Shown here piece after piece: positions 47,137 to 51,810 of a DNA stretch of 51,810 nt (positions within the stretch are counted from its first letter, which is position 1; each line of letters starts with the position of its first letter). The DNA is taken from the NCBI GenBank assembly GCA_947464015.1, contig CANHVE010000001.1, positions 1 to 51,810 on the forward strand. Direction: 5' to 3'. A program made the position numbers and the translations under genes. The notes below the pieces were generated by a model that was not told the DNA's origin, made no database searches, and was given only the letters and a program-made list of their open reading frames with translations. Source of the DNA: Saprospirales bacterium. GTDB taxonomy: Bacteria > Bacteroidota > Bacteroidia > Chitinophagales > CAMDFR01.

Positions 47137-48633
47137 ATGTTAAGACAGCATCTCAATCAAAAACTTTTGCAAAAATTGTCTCCTCAGCAGATACAGCTGA
47201 TGAAACTATTGCAAGTACCTACTGATCAACTAGAGCAGCGGATTAAAGAAGAATTAGAAATTAATCCTGCATTAGAAGAAAATAGTCAGGATGTATTTGA
47301 TGCAGATAAGCCAGAAGCTGAAGAAACTTCCTCTGAAGGGGATATGGATGAATCGGAAAGTTTTGATGATACTCCTGAATACAATGACGATAATATCAAT
47401 TTGTCTGATTATTTCGATGAAACGGATAATACCGCTTCCTACAAATATAATAGTATGGATTATAATCCAGATGATGATGAAGATCGATCTAGTCCAATTT
47501 CAATCAATGTGACTTTTCATGAATACCTTGAACAGCAATTAGGTTTATTACCTCTTGAAGATAGAGAATACTTAATAGCCAAACAAATCATAGGCAGTAT
47601 AGATGAAGATGGCTATATGCGTAGAGAATTAGAAGCCATAGTGGATGATTTAGCTTTTTCATCGAATATTATAAGTAATGAAAAAGAAATCATTGAGCTT
47701 TTAGGTGAGATACAAAAATTTGATCCTGCTGGAGTTGGTGCATGCGATTTGCAAGAGTGTTTATTATTGCAATTACATCGTATTGAACATAAAAATGTAT
47801 ATACAAATTTAGCTATAGATATTATCACTAATTCTTTTGATGAGTTTACAAAAAAGCATTACGATAAATTACAAAAAATTCATGAAGTAGATGAGGCGCT
47901 TATTAAAAAAGCAATGGAAGAAATCTTAAAGCTTAATCCAAAGCCAGGAAGCGCTTATAATGAAGGTGGTGCAAAAATGACTCAGCATATTATTCCAGAT
48001 TTTTTAATTGAAAATAATAATGGCGATTTAGTATTAAGATTGAATAGTAAGAATGCTCCTGAATTACGAGTAAGCGATACATTTAAAGAAATGCTTACTG
48101 ATTATAATAAAACAAAAGAAAAAACGAAACAGCAAAAAGAAGCCGTGATGTTTATCAAACAAAAAATTGATGGCGCTAAATGGTTTATTGATGCTGTGAA
48201 ACAAAGGCAACAAACTTTATTGAAAACCATGCGCGCAATTATGGAGTTTCAATATAAATATTTTTTAAGTGGAGATGAAACGGATTTAAAACCAATGATT
48301 TTAAAAGATATTGCATCTATTACACATTTAGATATATCGACGGTTTCAAGAGTAGCTAATAGTAAATATGTTCAAACTGAATTTGGAACATTCCTATTGA
48401 AAAACTTTTTTAGTGAGTCGCTTAGTACGGATAGTGGAGAGGAAGTAAGTACACGTGAAGTAAAAAAAATACTTACAGACCATATAAGTGTAGAGAATAA
48501 AAAGAAACCATTGAGTGATGAAAAATTAACTCAAATATTAAATCAAGCCGGTTATAATATTGCTCGTAGAACCGTAGCTAAATATAGAGAACAATTGAAT
48601 ATACCTGTTGCACGTTTAAGAAAAGAATTATAA
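47137..48633 (+). CDS. rpoN: RNA polymerase sigma-54 factor
   Basis: QKLSPQQIQLMKLLQ, DPAGVGA, STVSRV, RpoN box ARRTVAKYRE. Confidence 0.98.
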   Translation: MLRQHLNQKLLQKLSPQQIQLMKLLQVPTDQLEQRIKEELEINPALEENSQDVFDADKPEAEETSSEGDMDESESFDDTPEYNDDNINLSDYFDETDNTASYKYNSMDYNPDDDEDRSSPISINVTFHEYLEQQLGLLPLEDREYLIAKQIIGSIDEDGYMRRELEAIVDDLAFSSNIISNEKEIIELLGEIQKFDPAGVGACDLQECLLLQLHRIEHKNVYTNLAIDIITNSFDEFTKKHYDKLQKIHEVDEALIKKAMEEILKLNPKPGSAYNEGGAKMTQHIIPDFLIENNNGDLVLRLNSKNAPELRVSDTFKEMLTDYNKTKEKTKQQKEAVMFIKQKIDGAKWFIDAVKQRQQTLLKTMRAIMEFQYKYFLSGDETDLKPMILKDIASITHLDISTVSRVANSKYVQTEFGTFLLKNFFSESLSTDSGEEVSTREVKKILTDHISVENKKKPLSDEKLTQILNQAGYNIARRTVAKYREQLNIPVARLRKEL

Positions 48634-48636
48634 CCC

Positions 48637-49335
48637 ATGAATGTAGTTAGTAATAACCCAGATGTCCCTGCTCGTAATACGCTTAAGTATTGGTTTGCAA
48701 GATTTTTTTCAAATGTTTTCCATCCATTTTTTATGCCTACTTTAAGCACCATTTTGTTATTCTTGTGCTTTCCATATCGATTTGCAGAGTATCCGCAGAA
48801 AGCACTTGTTTTAAGTGTAGGATTAGTGTTCGCTATAACTGTCATTTATCCAGTATTAGCTATTGTGATTATGTATAAAATGAATATGATTCAAAATGTA
48901 AATTTGCGTAATCGAAAAGATAGAATTATCCCCTACGTAGTTACCCTTACTTTTTATACTTGGATTTGCTATATGGCTTTGGTGCCAACCAATAACAATA
49001 CTTTATTCCCGAATGATTTTATATTTAGTCATATGATGTTAGCTATGACCTTATCAATTATCATTGCCTTTGTGGCGAATAATTTTTTAAAAGTGAGTAT
49101 GCATATGCTAGGTCAAGGAGGCTTTATAGGATTTTTATTATTTACAGCAAAATATGCCAGCTACAATTTTCAGTGGATTTTTATTATTGCCTTATTCGTT
49201 GCGGGCTGTGTAGGTTCGGCACGTTTGATTTTAAAAGCACATACTTTACAAGAAGTCATTGCTGGATTTTCGATTGCCATAATAGCAGAATATATGGCCT
49301 TTGTATTATTACCTAGTTGGGGAATTTTTAGTTAA
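48637..49335 (+). CDS. Integral membrane protein, PAP2-superfamily-like
   Basis: Multiple TM helices; KVSMHM and SARLILKAHT motifs; directly downstream of rpoN. Confidence 0.7.
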   Translation: MNVVSNNPDVPARNTLKYWFARFFSNVFHPFFMPTLSTILLFLCFPYRFAEYPQKALVLSVGLVFAITVIYPVLAIVIMYKMNMIQNVNLRNRKDRIIPYVVTLTFYTWICYMALVPTNNNTLFPNDFIFSHMMLAMTLSIIIAFVANNFLKVSMHMLGQGGFIGFLLFTAKYASYNFQWIFIIALFVAGCVGSARLILKAHTLQEVIAGFSIAIIAEYMAFVLLPSWGIFS

Positions 49336-49354
49336 GAATTGAAATTTATATCAT

Positions 49355-49392
49355 AAAAAAAGGTATTCTACATTTTGAAGAATACCTTTTTT
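49355..49392. terminator. Bidirectional intrinsic terminator
   Basis: aaaaaaggtattct/agaatacctttttt between convergent genes. Confidence 0.85.
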
Positions 49393-49411
49393 ATTTTTTT
49401 CTGACGGCCAA

Positions 49412-49813
49412 TTAGAAAGGCAAATCATCTGATATTTCGCTGTTCATATTGCTTGCTGGCATAGTAGCATTATTGCTTAATACTTCACTCATGGGAGTAA
49501 AGCTTCCAGCTGGTGCACTATTACTTGTTGGACTAGCAGCAGATGCAGTTGGATTTTTTTCTACTCTCCATCCTTGTAAGCTAACATAATATTTTCCTTG
49601 ATATTCATTTCCTCTTACATTAAAAGATACTTTTACTTTTTCGCCTATAGCACAAGATTGAAGAATATCAGCACGCTCTTTCACCATTTCAAATTTTACA
49701 TGTTGAGGATATTGTTCTTCAGTAGTAATAACAAATTCTCTTTTTGAAAAACCACTTGGGAAAGTTTGTGTGTCGTAAATTTCTTTGATAGTTCCGGTTA
49801 ATTCTAAACTCAT
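49412..49813 (-). CDS. DUF3127 domain protein (OB-fold-like with SSB-type acidic tail)
   Basis: KREFVITTEEQYPQ, VKVSFNVRGNEY, SLQGWRVE, low-complexity linker, DDLPF end. Confidence 0.88.
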   Translation of the reverse strand: MSLELTGTIKEIYDTQTFPSGFSKREFVITTEEQYPQHVKFEMVKERADILQSCAIGEKVKVSFNVRGNEYQGKYYVSLQGWRVEKNPTASAASPTSNSAPAGSFTPMSEVLSNNATMPASNMNSEISDDLPF

Positions 49814-49993
49814 TTTGATTAATTATTTTATTAAAAACAAAGGTACTTGAAAAATGATGAATCTAAAAAAAATTGGCCGTACTTAAGTACTTATAAACAT
49901 TTAAGATCGAAATAGATACGAAAAGGATATAAGTCATTGCCTGAAACACTTACATATAAACAGATTGAAAGAAATAGTTTATTTTTACATATT

Positions 49994-50458
49994 ATGGATA
50001 AACAACATCAATATACCCTTCAACTACTATGGACGGGCAACCGAGGTGAAGGTACTACTAATTATGCTGCTTATGATAGAGCACACAGTATTCATATAGC
50101 AGGCAAAAAAATGATTGAGGCTTCTTCTGATGGTATCTTTCGAGGAGATGTAAGCAAACATAATCCTGAAGATTTTTTCTTAGCCTCCTTAGCTTCCTGT
50201 CATATGCTCTGGTATTTGCATTTATGCGCCGATGCAGGAATTGTAGTGCTAGCATATGAAGATCATCCAACTGCGGTTTTGTCTATAAATGAAGCTGGGA
50301 AAGGCAAATTTACAGAAGCGACATTGTTTCCAATTGTAACAATTGCAGATAAAAGTTTGAGTCAAAAAGCAATAGAATTACATCATAAGGCAAATGAGTA
50401 TTGTTTTATAGCGAATTCATGTAATTTTGCAATCAATCATCAAGTAACTATTCAATAA
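49994..50458 (+). CDS. OsmC family protein
   Basis: WTGNRGEGT, NPEDFFLASLASCHMLWYL, CFIANS; start moved to ATG at 49994. Confidence 0.9.
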   Translation: MDKQHQYTLQLLWTGNRGEGTTNYAAYDRAHSIHIAGKKMIEASSDGIFRGDVSKHNPEDFFLASLASCHMLWYLHLCADAGIVVLAYEDHPTAVLSINEAGKGKFTEATLFPIVTIADKSLSQKAIELHHKANEYCFIANSCNFAINHQVTIQ

Positions 50459-50474
50459 ATAAAAATATATTATT

Positions 50475-51665
50475 ATGTACGGAGCTTTACAACAACATCT
50501 ACAAAATGAATTAAAATCGATAGAAGAAGCAGGTTTATTTAAAAAAGAACGTATCATCACTTCTGCACAAGATGCCGAAATTACATTAAGTGATGGTTCA
50601 AAAGTGTTAAACTTTTGTGCTAATAATTATTTGGGATTATCCTCTCATCCACGCATAGTAGCGGCAGCTAAAAAGGCCATAGATACTCATGGATTTGGTA
50701 TGAGTAGTGTGCGTTTTATTTGTGGTACTCAAGATATTCATAAAACATTAGAGCAAAAGATTGCCACTTTTTTAGGAACAGAAGACACGATTTTATATGC
50801 CGCAGCTTTTGATGCAAATGGGGGTGTATTTGAACCATTATTTGGAGAAGAAGATGCCATCATTTCAGATGAATTAAATCATGCTTCTATTATTGATGGA
50901 GTGCGTTTATGTAAAGCGGCACGATTCAGATATAAAAATAATGATATGGCTGATTTGGAAAGATGCTTACAAGAAGCGAAAGCCAATCGATTTAAAATCA
51001 TTGTAACTGACGGTGTTTTCAGTATGGATGGCTATGTAGCTCAATTAGATAAAATTTGTGATTTAGCTGATAAATACAATGCTTTAGTGATGGTAGATGA
51101 ATGTCATGCGAGTGGATTTATTGGTCAAACAGGTAGAGGAACAATAGAATTAAAAAATGTAATAGGAAGAGTTGATATTATTACGGGTACTTTAGGTAAA
51201 GCTTTAGGTGGTGCAATGGGTGGATTTACCTCAGGCAGAAAAGAAATTGTTGAATTATTACGTCAACGTTCAAGACCTTATTTGTTTTCAAATTCATTAG
51301 CACCAAGTATTGTTGGGGCAAGTATTGAAGTGTTAGATATGTTGAGCGAAACGACTGAACTGCGTGATAAATTAGATTGGAATATCAAATATTTCAAAGA
51401 AGGGGTAAAGAAAATGGGTATCGATTATAAAGATGGAGAAAGTGCTATTGTTCCAATTATGTTATATGATGCAAAATTATCTCAAGTATTTGCTGATAAG
51501 TTATTAGCCGAAGGAATCTATGTGATAGGATTTTTCTATCCGGTGGTTGCTAAAGGCCAAGCAAGAATTAGAGTACAATTAAGTGCGGCTCACTCACAAG
51601 CTCATTTAGATAAAGCATTGGCTGCATTTGAAAAAGTTGGTAGAGAGTTGGGCGTAGTGAAATAG
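50475..51665 (+). CDS. kbl: Glycine C-acetyltransferase (2-amino-3-ketobutyrate CoA ligase)
   Basis: [45 protein letters not shown]. Confidence 0.96.
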   Translation: MYGALQQHLQNELKSIEEAGLFKKERIITSAQDAEITLSDGSKVLNFCANNYLGLSSHPRIVAAAKKAIDTHGFGMSSVRFICGTQDIHKTLEQKIATFLGTEDTILYAAAFDANGGVFEPLFGEEDAIISDELNHASIIDGVRLCKAARFRYKNNDMADLERCLQEAKANRFKIIVTDGVFSMDGYVAQLDKICDLADKYNALVMVDECHASGFIGQTGRGTIELKNVIGRVDIITGTLGKALGGAMGGFTSGRKEIVELLRQRSRPYLFSNSLAPSIVGASIEVLDMLSETTELRDKLDWNIKYFKEGVKKMGIDYKDGESAIVPIMLYDAKLSQVFADKLLAEGIYVIGFFYPVVAKGQARIRVQLSAAHSQAHLDKALAAFEKVGRELGVVK

Positions 51666-51700
51666 ATTTTTTATAAATACAGATAAATTATATCTTCGTA

Positions 51701-51808
51701 TTAAACTCTCGTATTTTCCAATAAACTGCATCGGTATTTTGATATTGGGCTTTCCTCATTGTAATGAAATTTCTCATTATTCGAATATACTAGATAATAC
51801 ATGTGTTT
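51701..51808 (-). CDS. Possible 3' end of a gene entering from the window edge
   Basis: Open frame ...KHMYYLVYSNNEKFHYNEESPISKYRCSLLENTRV* converging on kbl; no recognizable motif. Confidence 0.35.
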   Translation of the reverse strand, partial: KHMYYLVYSNNEKFHYNEESPISKYRCSLLENTRV

Positions 51809-51810
51809 AT

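Noticed and set aside
49871..49890. Possible sigma-54 promoter (ttggccgtac...)
   Set aside because: -24 GG present but no TTGC at -12; no convincing sigma-54 promoter seen in the window.

Overview
AT-rich (roughly 30% GC by eye) core-chromosome segment of a Bacteroidota bacterium, probably Chitinophagales/Saprospirales-like. Support: gldE-gldD, three T9SS cargo proteins, uppS-bamA-skp-skp-murI, TAnnTTTG promoters and A-rich start regions without Shine-Dalgarno sites. It holds about 50 mostly housekeeping genes, and no tRNA, rRNA, CRISPR array, IS or prophage was seen. Beyond the ORF track I found the 5' part of rodA and two small ribosomal protein genes (bS22, and bTHX with a histone-H1-like tail). 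The best candidates for new biology are non-coding. (1) An orphan minus-strand transcription unit at about 44866-44986 has an ECF-type promoter, an ~88-nt RNA with an anti-start-codon/U-G-rich seed, and an oriented terminator. (2) An identical TGAAC-N16-TTGTT promoter-like motif precedes both sod and iscA. (3) A multi-hairpin, possibly switchable leader precedes the RNase E/G gene. All calls come from motif recognition by eye; no searches were run.
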